The notes under the pieces are model-generated. The model ran no database searches. It was not told the origin of the DNA and worked only from the letters and a program-made list of their open reading frames with translations. The position numbers were made by a program, and so were the translations under genes. 50,496 nt of DNA, from the NCBI GenBank assembly GCA_026026165.1, contig JAPEUD010000033.1, positions 186,001-236,496 on the forward strand. The letters are read 5' to 3'. Below are positions 13,578 to 25,749 of this stretch, in pieces; position 1 is the stretch's first letter, and each line of letters opens with the position of its first letter. This DNA is from Sarea resinae (taxonomy: Eukaryota).

Positions 13578-13745
13578 GACCGGGTCTACTGATTGTGCGA
13601 ATACTCAGAGTACGTACGCAGTAGAAGTAGAGTAGAGTAGAGTAGAGTAGAGTAGAGTAGAGTAGAGCAGAGTCGAGCACTTCGTAGAGTAGAGGAGAAG
13701 TACATCGTGGAATGGCTGTGTGCTGTGCTGTGCTGTGCTGTGGTG
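13010..13745. repeat. Dense compound microsatellite cluster: (CT)n, (CA)n/(GA)n, CCCTGG/GGGG repeats, (GGCCCC)n, (TGC)n, (AGTAG)n, (TGTGC)n
   Basis: Arrays read directly at ~13016, 13141-13217, 13320-13395, 13520-13542, 13546-13575, 13626-13665, 13718-13742. Confidence 0.9.
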
Positions 13746-15476
13746 TGCCTCTTCTGGGCGGCGGGCGCCTTTTCGCCCCGCCGCCACCACCCCCCTCCCC
13801 GCCGGGCTAGAGCAGTACGAGTACGGAGTAGAGCAGGAAAGTGAAAGCGGTGTGATCCTGGTTGCTTGCCACCCCGCTCCATGCACCCCTGGCCGAGCTA
13901 TCTTCCTAGAGCACCTACCTACCCATTTACAGTACCCTGGTCTAGTCGGGCTGCTGTACCCGTACGTACGTATTCCGGAGTCGATGGAGACGGGAGTCAG
14001 GTACTGTGCCTAAGAGTTGACGGTTACGGAAGTGAGGCATGGACGGTAGCATCCAACAGTCCCTGAGCTAGAGGCCAAGACTTGGGTAGGCCATGCCAGC
14101 GTGTTTCTGTGGGCATGGGATTCGTGTTGGAGGTGGAGTTGCAGGTGGTTGGAGCCGAGCTTGTTCGCTGCCGGAAACAGGAGGTGTGATGCACGAAGTG
14201 ACGAGGACGAAGTACAGTGGAGGACCGTCTACGTAGTAGCCATGTACGAGATCAATGAAGCTGGAGCACGTTGGCGAGCGAAGTAGAGTAGATCTACTAC
14301 TCTCTGTAACGAGTCCAGGGACTACTACTCTATGGAACGGTCGGTCGTCCCTGGGGTCCATGTCTGGCACTCCCTGCGCTTGATCTCTGTGGTCGTGGGC
14401 TTGCTCCGATCATTGCGGTCTTGAATCGGTAGTGTCCGTATCCGGTAGCGAGACCAGACCAGAGTACTCTACATACTCCGGAGTAGATCAGAGCGGGCGG
14501 CCATGGCACAGGGAGGAGAAGGCCGATATGTACTACAGTACTCTCGAGTGGAGCCATTGGTCTTGGCCCCGGCGGCGGGGACGGGGACGGGGACGGGGAC
14601 GTCAATGACATAATGGCTGTACTGGATCGCGGACACCGAGTCACGGGCTCGAGCGGAGGGGACGAGAGGGAGACAGCCCTGGAGGTCAGAGCAGAGTCGA
14701 AGGGACAGACGGAACATGATGGTGTCAATACTCGAGTCGAGGTGCGAGGTACCTCATGTCCCGGTGGACAAGCTACCCCGGGTAGGGCAATGGCTGGGGA
14801 GGGGGATCGACAACATGGCCCTCGACCACCTCGAGAGCTGTTGTTCCTTCGTCCATTTCTCGGTCCAAGACGAGCTGGATGGCGGAGGCATTGGATGGAA
14901 TGGGATGGAGATGGGCATGGCCACCGTCTTAAGTCCTCGTCGTTCTCCGCAATTGCCTTCTTTCCTTCTGAACCCTACCGTACCCTGTGCCGTCACGGCG
15001 ACGACATCGCGGTACAGGCAGGCGGGGTCATGACTTCGCGAGGTGACGCCGGCCATGCCAGGCCAGGCCAGGCGAGGCAGCACTGTCTTCGGGACAAATT
15101 CGCCATATAAACGACACAGACACCGATACACATGCTCTTTTCCCCGCCGCCACCACTATCATTGCCCGCCCGCTTGCCGGACGGACTTTGGACGGTCTGC
15201 GTTTGATCGTTGCTGAGTAGTGGGGACGCCGTTCTTTCTTGGATGCTTTTCGTGATGTGGGCTAGGTAGCTCAGGTAAGGTAGAGAGATCGAGGTATGTG
15301 AGGACATATATCGGCCTCCCCCCCCGCCACTGTGCCATGCCATGGCGTATCGTGCCGTACCCCTCCATCCATCCACCCAGAAAAAGATAAAGCTCGGACC
15401 CATGTAAACAAAGCCTCCCAATCCACATTCAATATTATCGACCCGGAAGAACAAAAAGCACCACCAAAATTACACA

Positions 15477-15994
15477 ATGGCATCGCAAACGCCCATCCGC
15501 ATCGTGATCTTCACGAAGCGCGCCGAGGGCATGAGTAAAGAAGAGTTCGACAACTATTGGCGAGACGTGCACGGCGCCAACTTCATCAAGATGCCCGCGG
15601 CCCAGAAGTATCTGTTGAAATACGAGCAGGTATTTGACGTCCCTGCTCCTCTTCCTCTTCTCCTCACTGCCCACCCCTTCACTACTCATTCTTCCTCGCC
15701 GTAGCTACTCTCCTAACCACCACTGAATCTTCGATCCAGTATCACGAGCCCCCAGCTCTCAGGCACGAGACCGAGACTCTATTCGGCTTCAAGCCGACCG
15801 GCTACGACGGCGTGGGTGTCATCAGCTTCGCCTCGCTCGACGACGCAAAGGCGCTGTTTACCGACAAGGATTTCTTGGCCTGGACCATCCCCGACGAGGC
15901 CAAGGTGTTCGAGCCCAAGACCCAGCTGCGCTTCGTGCAGATTGGCGATAGCGAGGTCTTGTTTGATCGCAGCGTCGGTAATCTGGGGAAGTAG
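15477..15994 (+). CDS. EthD-family (dimeric alpha+beta barrel) protein (~135 aa, 2 exons)
   Basis: Exons 15477-15629 and 15740-15994 (GTATTT..CTAAC..CAG intron). Motifs KRAEGMSKEEFDNYWRDVHG, YDGVGVISFASLDD and IPDEAKVF match the EthD pattern. Confidence 0.85.
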
Positions 15995-16174
15995 TGGGGA
16001 TGAGAGACCAGGTGGGGAAGGGAGACAGGCTCGAGGGACAAGAATTGATAGATGCAGCAGTATATAACCAATACAAGTATAAGATCTCATTGAAAGTATT
16101 TGGTTTCTTTGACACATTATGCATCTATCATGATATATGGCTTGAAACTTCAGGAGACGCAAGGTGTTCCTTTC

Positions 16175-17149
16175 TTATTCCCCAGCATTATAGAGACCGA
16201 AATCCGTGCTCCCGATATCGACGCCCGCCGCCTGCACCAACGAGTACCGTACCTGATCCATGAGATTCTTTGGGAAATACACATCCTTGGCCTCGCCCAT
16301 GACCTTGTCGAAATTCTTGAGAAAACCCTCTGGATCTTCCTCGTGCGAATGGCCGGGAAAGGTGGCCAGCGTCGTTCGGGCCGCTCGATTTGCACCTATG
16401 GTGAACCATTCCCCTGACACGGGACAGCCCTCGCTGGCCAGTGCTACTACAAATGGCGCCGCGGTCTCCGGTGGGAAATACTGTCTGCATACCTTCTTGA
16501 TGTTGGGCGACGGGTCCGTCATCCGAGAGGCTGCGGCCGGCATGACGCCGTTGATCTTGATGCCATGGCGTTCGGAGAATTGGCCCAGGTCGCGGGTCAA
16601 GGCGAACGTGGCGCCCTTTGAAGCCGGATAGGCGCCATCGCCGCCGGTGCCGAAGCCGAAGATGGAGTCCGACGACGTGTTGATGATCCTGCCGTAGTGA
16701 TTCTTTTCCATAATCTTGTAGACGGCGCTCATCATCATGCTGGTGCCCAGGGTCGCAATCTCCCAGACTCTCGTGAAGGCAGCGACGTCGACATCGTCGT
16801 GCGGAGAGAGCTTGCCGGAGATGGCAGCATTGTTGATCAAGATGTCAACCGTGCCGTAAGTCCGAACGGCGAGGTCAACGATCGCTTTCGCCGATGTGGG
16901 CACAGAGATGTCATGTCCGTCTGCGACAGCTATGCCGCCGGCGGAGGTGATCTCGTCGACTACCGTCTGCGCCATGGAGATGGAGCCGGCCTCGCCTTCG
17001 AGCGAGCCGCCGTAGTCGTTGACGACGACTTTGGCTCCGCGGGCGGCGAGGAGGATCGCGTAGGCTCGACCCAGACCGCCCCCAGCACCTGTGACGATGG
17101 CTACTCTGCCCTTTACGTCAGCGGACGTGGAGGGAATGGAAGCCGACAT
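16175..17149 (-). CDS. Single-domain SDR of the Fox2/HSD17B4 dehydrogenase type (~324 aa, intronless)
   Basis: ATG at 17149 (MSASIPST..). VAIVTGAGGGLGRAYA, VVVNDYGG, ILINNAA, GRIINTSS, catalytic YPASK. No second SDR or hydratase domain. Confidence 0.9.
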   Translation of the reverse strand: MSASIPSTSADVKGRVAIVTGAGGGLGRAYAILLAARGAKVVVNDYGGSLEGEAGSISMAQTVVDEITSAGGIAVADGHDISVPTSAKAIVDLAVRTYGTVDILINNAAISGKLSPHDDVDVAAFTRVWEIATLGTSMMMSAVYKIMEKNHYGRIINTSSDSIFGFGTGGDGAYPASKGATFALTRDLGQFSERHGIKINGVMPAAASRMTDPSPNIKKVCRQYFPPETAAPFVVALASEGCPVSGEWFTIGANRAARTTLATFPGHSHEEDPEGFLKNFDKVMGEAKDVYFPKNLMDQVRYSLVQAAGVDIGSTDFGLYNAGE

Positions 17150-20100
17150 GACGATATCGGTGTTGAATGTCGCTGTCCGTGCAGGGTTCTCGAAAAGAAT
17201 CAGATTGACAAAACTGGGGATATGTCGCAGGTAAATTGCAGGCAGAGAGAGGGGTTGATTAGCTTTTATGCGGAGAGCTCTGCTGGCTGCAAGAATTAGC
17301 AGTGTTTCTAAGCCTTCTCCATCGTACTTATTGGCTCTAGATGGCCTATGGGCCACACGATCAGCTGGCGAAACCCAGAGTGCAGGGTTCGGACAATTTA
17401 CGAAAACACCCTGATCTGTGGCGATCATTCGCCCGGAGAAGTAGCATCATTGGAATCATTGGAATGCGGGGCATCTCTGGTAGACACCTGAAGCCGATCG
17501 AAGGAAGACCGTCTCTGAGACAGGCAAGCTGTGTTTGTGTGCGTTATGTTTCATTCTCACGAAGTTGGATGTTCACCCTTTCAATTAGGTGTTAAACAGC
17601 TTGAGCGTATGGCCTTTCTGTCTCTGTTACTGTCTGTATGTACCTGACATAAAAAGCAATCAAGGGCAACAATGAAGAAGCTTCCAAATGATGACGATCC
17701 CCGTCATATTCCCCTAATGGAGCAGAAGATCACTCAAGCTTGTCAGGCTTAATATTGCGTCTCCACCGGAATTTGTCAGTGCGTACGGCAAGAGCGCTGC
17801 GTAATTGAACCGATTGGGCTGCAGCGTAATAGTCTGGAGCTTCTCGTGTGGCACAGACCTTCGGCAGCGAGAGGACGCAACGACGCAACCCACGATGCTT
17901 GTTCGTCTCTACCATCCCCGGTATTCAGAATGTATAAGGAATTATACTACGTTGCACGGCGTTGCTGCTCTTTTACGGCCTACCTATATAAGCTGGCGGG
18001 GTCGGCACGTCGGATTGATCTGGATTCAGCATTCATCTCTATCCTCTCTTCCCCGTCGCTTTCGCTTTCACTCTCAGTCTCGCCGATTCGCTGGCGTGGG
18101 TGCTTCTCGAGATGCCTGATGCCATCGAGAAGACGCTGTCAGGGAGTCCTCGAGGAGAGGCCGTCGAAGACTTCTACTTGGGACCAGTGGTGCACGGTCT
18201 CTTGACCGGCTTATCATTTCACGAATGCTCCACAGACGAATTGAGATGGATGTTGGGTCCGACGCTCGTGGAGGCCAGAACAGAGGGCCTGAGGACTTAT
18301 GATCAAGGATGGTCGAGGAAGATGTCGTGCTGGCGGATGGAGGACTAATGCAAGCCGGAGCGGTTCGACTCAAGACCATCCAATCTTACATGCTTGCTGT
18401 CATTCCATCCGAAAGCAGCAAGTCGACTGCTCGGGGCTCTTTTATCCAGTGATCCGTGATTCTCTCTTTACCCTTCAGCCTTCAGCCTTCAGCCTTGGGC
18501 GATGGCATGGGCGTGGAAGTGGAGGTGGATGTGTCAAGGTAATAGAGGACTGACAAGTGACCTTTAGCCATGCTCGTGATGATTGCCCCAAGGGATGAGA
18601 AGGGCTGACTCGCGTGAAGTCGAGAGCTCGAGCCACGTGTGGGGACGGTGGGGTGTGCGTGGGATAGCCGTTAGATCGTCGACCCTGGACGCCGAACGCT
18701 GAACGCTGAAAGCTGGACGTGGACGTGGACGTGGACGAGCTGGAGGGCAATGTTGGAATTTAGGCACAACCTCACCACCTCCATTTTAGGCTACCCTCGA
18801 GGTGACTCTTGAGGCGGGCTCGCCGGGGTGGTTCACCAGGCCGTGCGAAGGAGAAGTATTGATGCAACATTGTTTACTTTTTTGGCCTCGAGTCTGCCTC
18901 CAGCTCCCTCCCGTCGCGGCGGTTGACAGATTCGCCTTCACCTAGCGAGCGAAGAGCCGAAGCGACCTGGTGTACTGATGAATTGATAAGATCAGTACCT
19001 GACAGGCGCCCTGAACACACATATCAAACCAAGTCACTTCACCTCACTGCTGCAGTACCTTTCCCTTCCTACTAGTAGGTAAGGTCATCTTATCTCACCC
19101 TCACTACCTCACTGTCGCTCACTGTCTTTTCCTCTCTGCCCTTGATCTCGGCCGTCTCTGTCCCTCGTTTGCACTCTTCTGCATCACCAATGATGATCTG
19201 CCTACTGCTGATCACTAGGTGCCTTCGTGCTCTATGGGAGCCTCCACTCCTACCGTGATGCACACACACCCACACACCCACACACCCGGACATACATCAA
19301 ATCAATAATGATTACACCCTATTCTCTTACCCACTGACCTCCAGCTACCTCATACACACGCCCCAAACCCCCTCTTCCACTGCTCACTCATACTGACACA
19401 GGGACCCCGTCGCTCGATCATGGCCCCCCTTGGCCCATGTTCATCGCTTCCCGGGTCGTAATCTGACATCGGTCGTCTTCCGAGCCCCATCCCTTAGCTC
19501 GAGAGGATCAGATTCAGGCCCGAGTACCCGCGATGCAGATCTGAGGATCCGAGTAAGCGGGGCTATTTCTTCATGCGGCCTGACAGGCAGGCTCTCTCCC
19601 TTGACTGGCCCCGTGGACTGGTCTTCATCGACATTATTGCCTCGTCTTGGGCTTGTCCTCGACTTGTCCTCGACTTGTCTGGTACTTGTCCCCAGCCTGT
19701 CCTGGTCTGTCCCGGTCGCCAAGTTGCCAGCCATGCGATTAACCTTCATTAACGTCACGACCATGCACCCGCAGCGCTCCAGAGCAATGCTACTGTCACA
19801 CTTGTCAATTCTCTACCCTCTCGATGCAGGAACAAGTCTCGTTGATCTCCGGCACTAACCCGAACACAAACCCTCATAACTGCTCCGGCATCTCTTCGTG
19901 TTCGAGCTCTGCTGCAACTCAAAGGAACACTAATTCCGATCCAGGTGCCCTAGTCAGAAATCAAATGACTCTCTACTTGATCTAGCATCGCACTGGGTCA
20001 GATTTTCCTTACGTACTACCACTGCTGCTCAGACTGAACTTCTTGCAAGAAGTCCTCCAGTGCCCGCTCAAGCCACCAATTATGACCTCGGCCCGTGTGC

Positions 20101-20295
20101 CTCTTTCGACTTGTACCATTCCCGTTGTTGATCTATCAAATAAGAATAACAGCCCTCCGGATACATCCAAGTATAACCTATCGATGGTACTCGCTTGCGC
20201 ATTTCCTCTATCTCAATCTATCTCTACAATCGTGCCTCTTCCACCTTTATTTCTTGATATTACCCTCCGCACTTCACGTCTCGTCCGCAACCACA

Positions 20296-23041
20296 ATGTG
20301 CGCAACACGGACAGCCCGAACCCCGCCGCCGGAAGGGGAGACGGGAGAAAAGCGTCATGCTGGTCTTGCATGCCAGTCTTGTAGAAGGTGGGCTACGAAT
20401 TCCCGGAATGATGGATGCATTGCTGACACCCACCTTCTTAGACGAAAAGTGAAATGGTAAACAGCAGTCGGGCAATTGGAGCAATGTAGTCCATTGGCTG
20501 ATGTTATTTGCCTCTAGTAACAGAGAACTTCCCGCATGCTCGATATGCATAAGTCAAGGACAACAATGCACCTATCCTGCAGGACCGCTCAAGCCAGGGC
20601 CGAAAATTGGTATGCAAGGTGGAATCTATCACTCCATAGCAGCAGGCTGACTCCTTTCAGGTGCGTCACAGAGATCCAGCAAGCGTGCCCGGCGCCATGA
20701 ACGCAGACGTAGTGGCGACTCAAATCCGGATCAAGATATAAATCCCCAGCGACGGTTGTCTACAACGTTCACCGAAACCTCACCAAACGCGTTGAGCAGA
20801 AGGGCATCGTTGCAACCGAACTCCGGCTCCGATCTAGATATAGACAGCCGATCGGGCGAAGAATATATACCGCTGTCGCCCGAGGCGTCAATTCCTACAC
20901 AGACGCCACGGCCCGAAAATCGAAACCCGAAAGGAGCTTCAGCAGTACCCTACTCCTTGCCCGAATCCACGTCCATGAATCGTTCGACCGCTACGGAACA
21001 AGAGTCAATTCGCACGTCATCTGGAGAGGGACCAACACAAGCAAGAATATTTCTCTCGGACGAGCAGACTCTACAGACCTGTTACGCCCTTCATACATCC
21101 CCAGATATGGTTCAACGATTGTAAGCACACATCGTGGAGCCACGGTAGCATTTTTCTGACCTCAACGACAGAATCATTGCATATTTTGACAACATGACTT
21201 CGTTTTCCCTCTTCTCCCGCCCGCAGTTCGAGGCAAAACTTGCCGCCATATCCTCGCCAACGCAACGCCACGCCCTTCTCGCAGCAATGTTTTCGTTTGC
21301 CGCGCGATTCGAGCCTTTCAATGATCGCCACAAGAGCCCGGCCGATGGTACAGCCTCTGCATCAAACCGCTATTTGGAACTCGCACTGAGTTTCATCGAC
21401 CAAGCTATCAACGAGTCAGCCGATGAGGCTCCCACCTTGTGCTTACTACAAGCCTTGATCCTGACTACCTTCCAGCAACTTATGGCGGGCGTGCGAGGAA
21501 AATCATGGCGATCGCTCGGGATCTGCGTCCGGATAGCATATGAGCTGAAATTGCATTTGATTGATACCGGACTGAATGATTGCATGCATGTCGCGGTCCA
21601 GGAGAACGTATCGCGGTGGTGTGCTGACGAGGAGCGGCGACGAGCTTGGTGGGCCATATGGGAATGTGACGTCCTTGCCAGTACTGTTCGACGGATTCCG
21701 ACCGCCATCGACTGGACGCAGAATGAAACCCTCCTTCCGGTCGATGACCAATCTTGGTTCGCTCAGAGAATACAGCCAAGCTGCTTTCTGGAGCTAGATC
21801 CTATTGATCGTTGGAAGAGCCTCCAGAGAAGTGGAAACCAATCCGCTAAAGCGTGGCTGATCGTAGTAACCTCCTTTATGCGCGACGCTCACGTGCTCGT
21901 AAATCCTTTCGGTAGGTCGTTCCGAGCCTATCCCTATTGCGCCGCTGACCGTTCAAAAGGGATGTCACCTACCAGACGCTCGATGAGTGACTTGTCAGCT
22001 AGCCTAGAAATCCTAGCTAACTCGTTACGCTGCTTTACTGTTGCTTTACCCCGAAGCATTGCATATCGGAATGAATATCTCAGCTTTACTTCTAGTGATC
22101 CGGCTGATGCAGTAGCTGCGCGCTTTCGAGATAGTGCAAAGCATGGTATCTACATGATGACACAGATGGCTAGTTGGCTGGTCAATTACCGTGATGTCCA
22201 TGTCGACGTCTTCAAGTACATCTCTCTCACTGGCCGAAACTCGATGGGTTACATTCAGCAGGCGACAGAAGACACTCATTACGAGGGAAGCCCGCTTTAT
22301 TCACTGAATGGCGAGACAGAAGCCCAAGCTCTGGGCCGCTACGCAGACACTGCTGACAAAGTTTGCTGTCTTGTGAGTAACAGCTCAGAAGATCATGTGC
22401 GCTACGTGAACCCGATCTTCTCTACCGTCGTGTGGATTGCTGCGTCGGTGCAACTTGTGTACAAGACTTTGGGTCCCGAGGGCTCTAATCGACGGCTCAT
22501 TGAGACCAAGTTCGATCTCTTGCGCTTGAATTACCGCCAGTATGTTACATATTGGAATAGTCCAAAAGCACTGGATGAGAATCTCGACGATTTCGCTGCT
22601 CGTCTCCAGGTCCATCCGCCTCGATTTATGGCCGATGCTCGTGTGAGCTCCGCAAAGGAAGGCTTCTCAAGCTCCATAAAGGCACAGACTTTACGGCCCG
22701 TATTGCATGATCGTAGCAACAAACCATGGTCGACCTACACGAATCACAGCGTTGACAGTCCGGATGACTCGCGATATTCAATTGAGCGTTCAAAGGCTCA
22801 AGATCACCAACAGCAGCGGCAACGTGGAAGCCTTCGGACTACGCCTATCGGTGCTGAGCCACCATTTTCTTTCCTGGCGGACCTCAACGCTGGCAATGCT
22901 GTTACAGCTCCTTCAGGCGCTGCGGACTTGACGACGGGCACCGACTTCATACATAACTGTGGAGGCGAGATGCCATTTGACATGAACACTGAACTACAAA
23001 ATTACTGCGATGGATTATTCTCGGGTATTCATGTTGGCTGA
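20296..23041 (+). CDS. Zn(II)2Cys6 transcription factor with fungal-specific TF (middle homology) domain (~842 aa, 5 exons)
   Basis: Exons 20296-20387, 20442-20456, 20518-20609, 20661-21120, 21172-23041 give ACQSCRRRKVKCNRELPACSICISQGQQCTY. Downstream AYELKLH..EERRRAWWAIWECD. Confidence 0.92.
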
Positions 23042-23901
23042 GCGCTTGCTGATTGATTGAATCGATGATTGATGGCGCGCGACGATGATGACTCTGGATT
23101 TTAGATTATGCGGATGGTGAAACAGGGGGTAATGATTTCTGATGATAGTCCATGCGTCTTGCTTTCGATCTGATCTTATGCTGGTTCCTGACTCTTACGA
23201 CTTATACCATTGTTCTTCGAGAAATGAGGCAGGAGCATCGAGCGGGGGTCATTTGGCCGGATAGTTTCTCAGCGGCCATTCTGATCATCCTCCCATAGAT
23301 TTCCCTAGCGTAAGCAACTGAACAGTTAGTCCATCGAAAGAAACATGAGTCAATTACTGCTGGCTGATCAGTATCCTCATTGCTGATGACGGGGTGTGAC
23401 ATGATACAGGATGATGCCACATCGGGATACGTCCGTGGACCACCTCAGCCGCCCCGTCACGGTCACCAATCACGCACCACATCATCTCGATACTTTGTAC
23501 ATGCCACCATCCCACCCTTCTACTGCGTACCGCGCGCACACGCACAATCGAGTCGCAAGCCCTCGACTACATCTTATTGATTCTTCTGCCCTTTTCCTCT
23601 CTCACCGCTTCACCTGCATCCATCCATCCATCCATCCATCCATCCATCATCACGGCATCAATATACCTCAGCTTCCACCACATGGATCATCTCAGTCCTC
23701 TCCATCCGCCAGAACCCTACAGAGCATCATCGCCACGACGATAACATAGGTCATACCACTATCGATAACCTTATCGATAACACCTGATCCATCTCTTTTC
23801 TCGCCCCGCCCCGCCCACCCTCCTAGTGACGCCATCATCGGCCGTCTATTCACGACATCCCCACACAGCAAATCCCGCAACCGCTTGTCGCATCACTCGC
23901 C

Positions 23902-25364
23902 ATGCATGACCTACGACGCAAGGCTCTTGAGAGCGGCAAGACCGTTTCCAAGAAGGCACAATCGAAGCAGGCTTCGCGAAATTCGTCGCGACCGAATTCC
24001 ACGCCTTCCTCAAGAACTCATTCTCGCAATGCGAGCAGGCATGGCTCGGACGAGGAGGACGGAAATCTGAGCGATGGAACTTCTTGGAGGTGTGTGTATT
24101 TTCCTGCGTGTGCGCCTTGATCCTAACAGATTTGCGTTGCTACCAGCGTCAACTCGATCGACGAAGTCCTGAATGCCGAGGACGTCGACGTGCCCGCTGA
24201 AGCGTGGAAGAACGAGCTCGGCGACCGAATGGAGCAACTCATCGATCGCAAACGAAGTAGTGTGCAAGGCCGCGAGGAGAGCTTGGCCGCATATGTCCGA
24301 ATCCTAACCGCGCATTATGCGGAGGAGGAGATTGAGAGTAGAGTGCGGGAACTGGTTCCTGCCTTTCTCAAAAGCATCAAGTCGGAGTCGAGCGAAAAAG
24401 AGACCATACTAGCATTGAAGGGTAGGTTCCTAGTATCACTTCTGAGCAAGAGAGTCCCTCTGACAGCCTCCTGTCTCCAGCGCTCGCAATGACACTTATC
24501 ACCTCGCCCTCTGACGAAATCTACGATGCGGTCGACCAGCCCCTCAACCGCCTTATCTCAAATACCGAGTCCCTCCCAACCAAAACGGCCGCCATCCACA
24601 CGCTCGGAACCATGACCTTCTACGGCGGCGCCTCCGTCTCTGAAACAGAAGAAACCATGTCCACACTACTCGCCATCATCGAGTCGGACGGACATTCGGT
24701 CAACGCGCCAGACGCGCCCGACGTCGTCACGGCGGCCCTAGAAGAATGGGGTTTCCTCGCCACCCAACTCGACGACCTGGAATCCCCCTCGCAAGAAGCC
24801 ATGGACGCCTTCGTGGACCAGCTCGACAGCTCGGATCCAGGCGTGCAGACGGCAGCGGGCGAGAACATCGCCCTCGTCTACGAAGCAAGCTACACGCCTC
24901 TAGAAGACGACGAGTCCGCGCCATCGTCGGGGGGGGATGACGAAGAGGACGAAGAAGACCCGGCGGGCCCGGACGGCCCCAAACTTATCAACCGCTATTC
25001 GCCTTATCCGCACACGCACCAGCTCATCCACACGCTCACCTCGCTCTCGACGCTGTCCTCGCGCTCGCTGTCGAAGAAGAACCGGAAATCGCTGCACGCG
25101 TCGTTTGCGGATATCTTAAACTCGGTCCAGCACCCGACGCGCGGCCCGCGCTATCAGAACGCACTTAACCAGGAGACGGGCAAGCGCTACGGCAGTCGCA
25201 TGACGGTCAAGATCCACAGCACGGGCGAGATGCGCATCGATAAATGGTGGAAGCTGCTGCGGCTGCAGGCGCTCCGACGCACATTGCAGGGCGGCTTTGT
25301 CATGCATCTCGAGACGAATGCCGTGGTAGGCGAGAGTCTGCCTTGTGTTGTTTTCGAGAAGTAG
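23902..25364 (+). CDS. IFRD (interferon-related developmental regulator) domain protein (~448 aa, 3 exons)
   Basis: Exons 23902-24089, 24147-24421, 24481-25364 in frame. MHDLRRKALESGKTVS start, AALEEWGFLAT, AAGENIALVYE, IDKWWKLLRLQALRR typical of fungal IFRD proteins. Confidence 0.85.
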
Positions 25365-25749
25365 AAACGTTTCGAGAAGGAGAGACGTATTCGAGAACTA
25401 GAGACAGTGTGATGGAGGACAATGGGGGGAATTGGGGGGAAGGAGATTAGTTTGCCAGCTCGCGAAATGATTGCATTAGAAGGGAAGAAAAGGGATGGAG
25501 AGGAAAGGCAAGAAAACGACAAGAAACGGACGGAGTGAAGAGTATGCGGGGTATAGGGCACAGAGAAACAATGACAGGCGGGCCAGCTCTGGCCGGTGCT
25601 TCTTCGCTCCCCCCGCTTCTCAAGCTCTTTGTTTCCTTCTCTCTCTTCCTCTCTCTTCTTTCATCTTATTTTCTTTCCTTCCTCCTTTCTCCTCGGCTGT
25701 GGCGCGCACGCGTGCTTGAATCTTCCTCGTCAGCTTTTTCCTTCTTTTT

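Noticed and set aside
17150..17428. 93-aa N-terminal extension of SDR2 in the ORF track (also the extensions of UPS1, WRS1 and the kinase)
   Set aside because: They start at non-ATG codons and lack family similarity; downstream ATGs fit the family N-termini
17660..18560. Short ORFs (e.g. 18100-18348) between SDR2 and the TF as an extra cluster gene
   Set aside because: No recognisable motif or consistent exon chain; could be a relic but cannot be supported
25353..25397. Three TTCGAGAA copies resembling heat-shock elements
   Set aside because: Located at the IFRD stop/3' UTR with 18-19 nt spacing; better explained as a short tandem duplication
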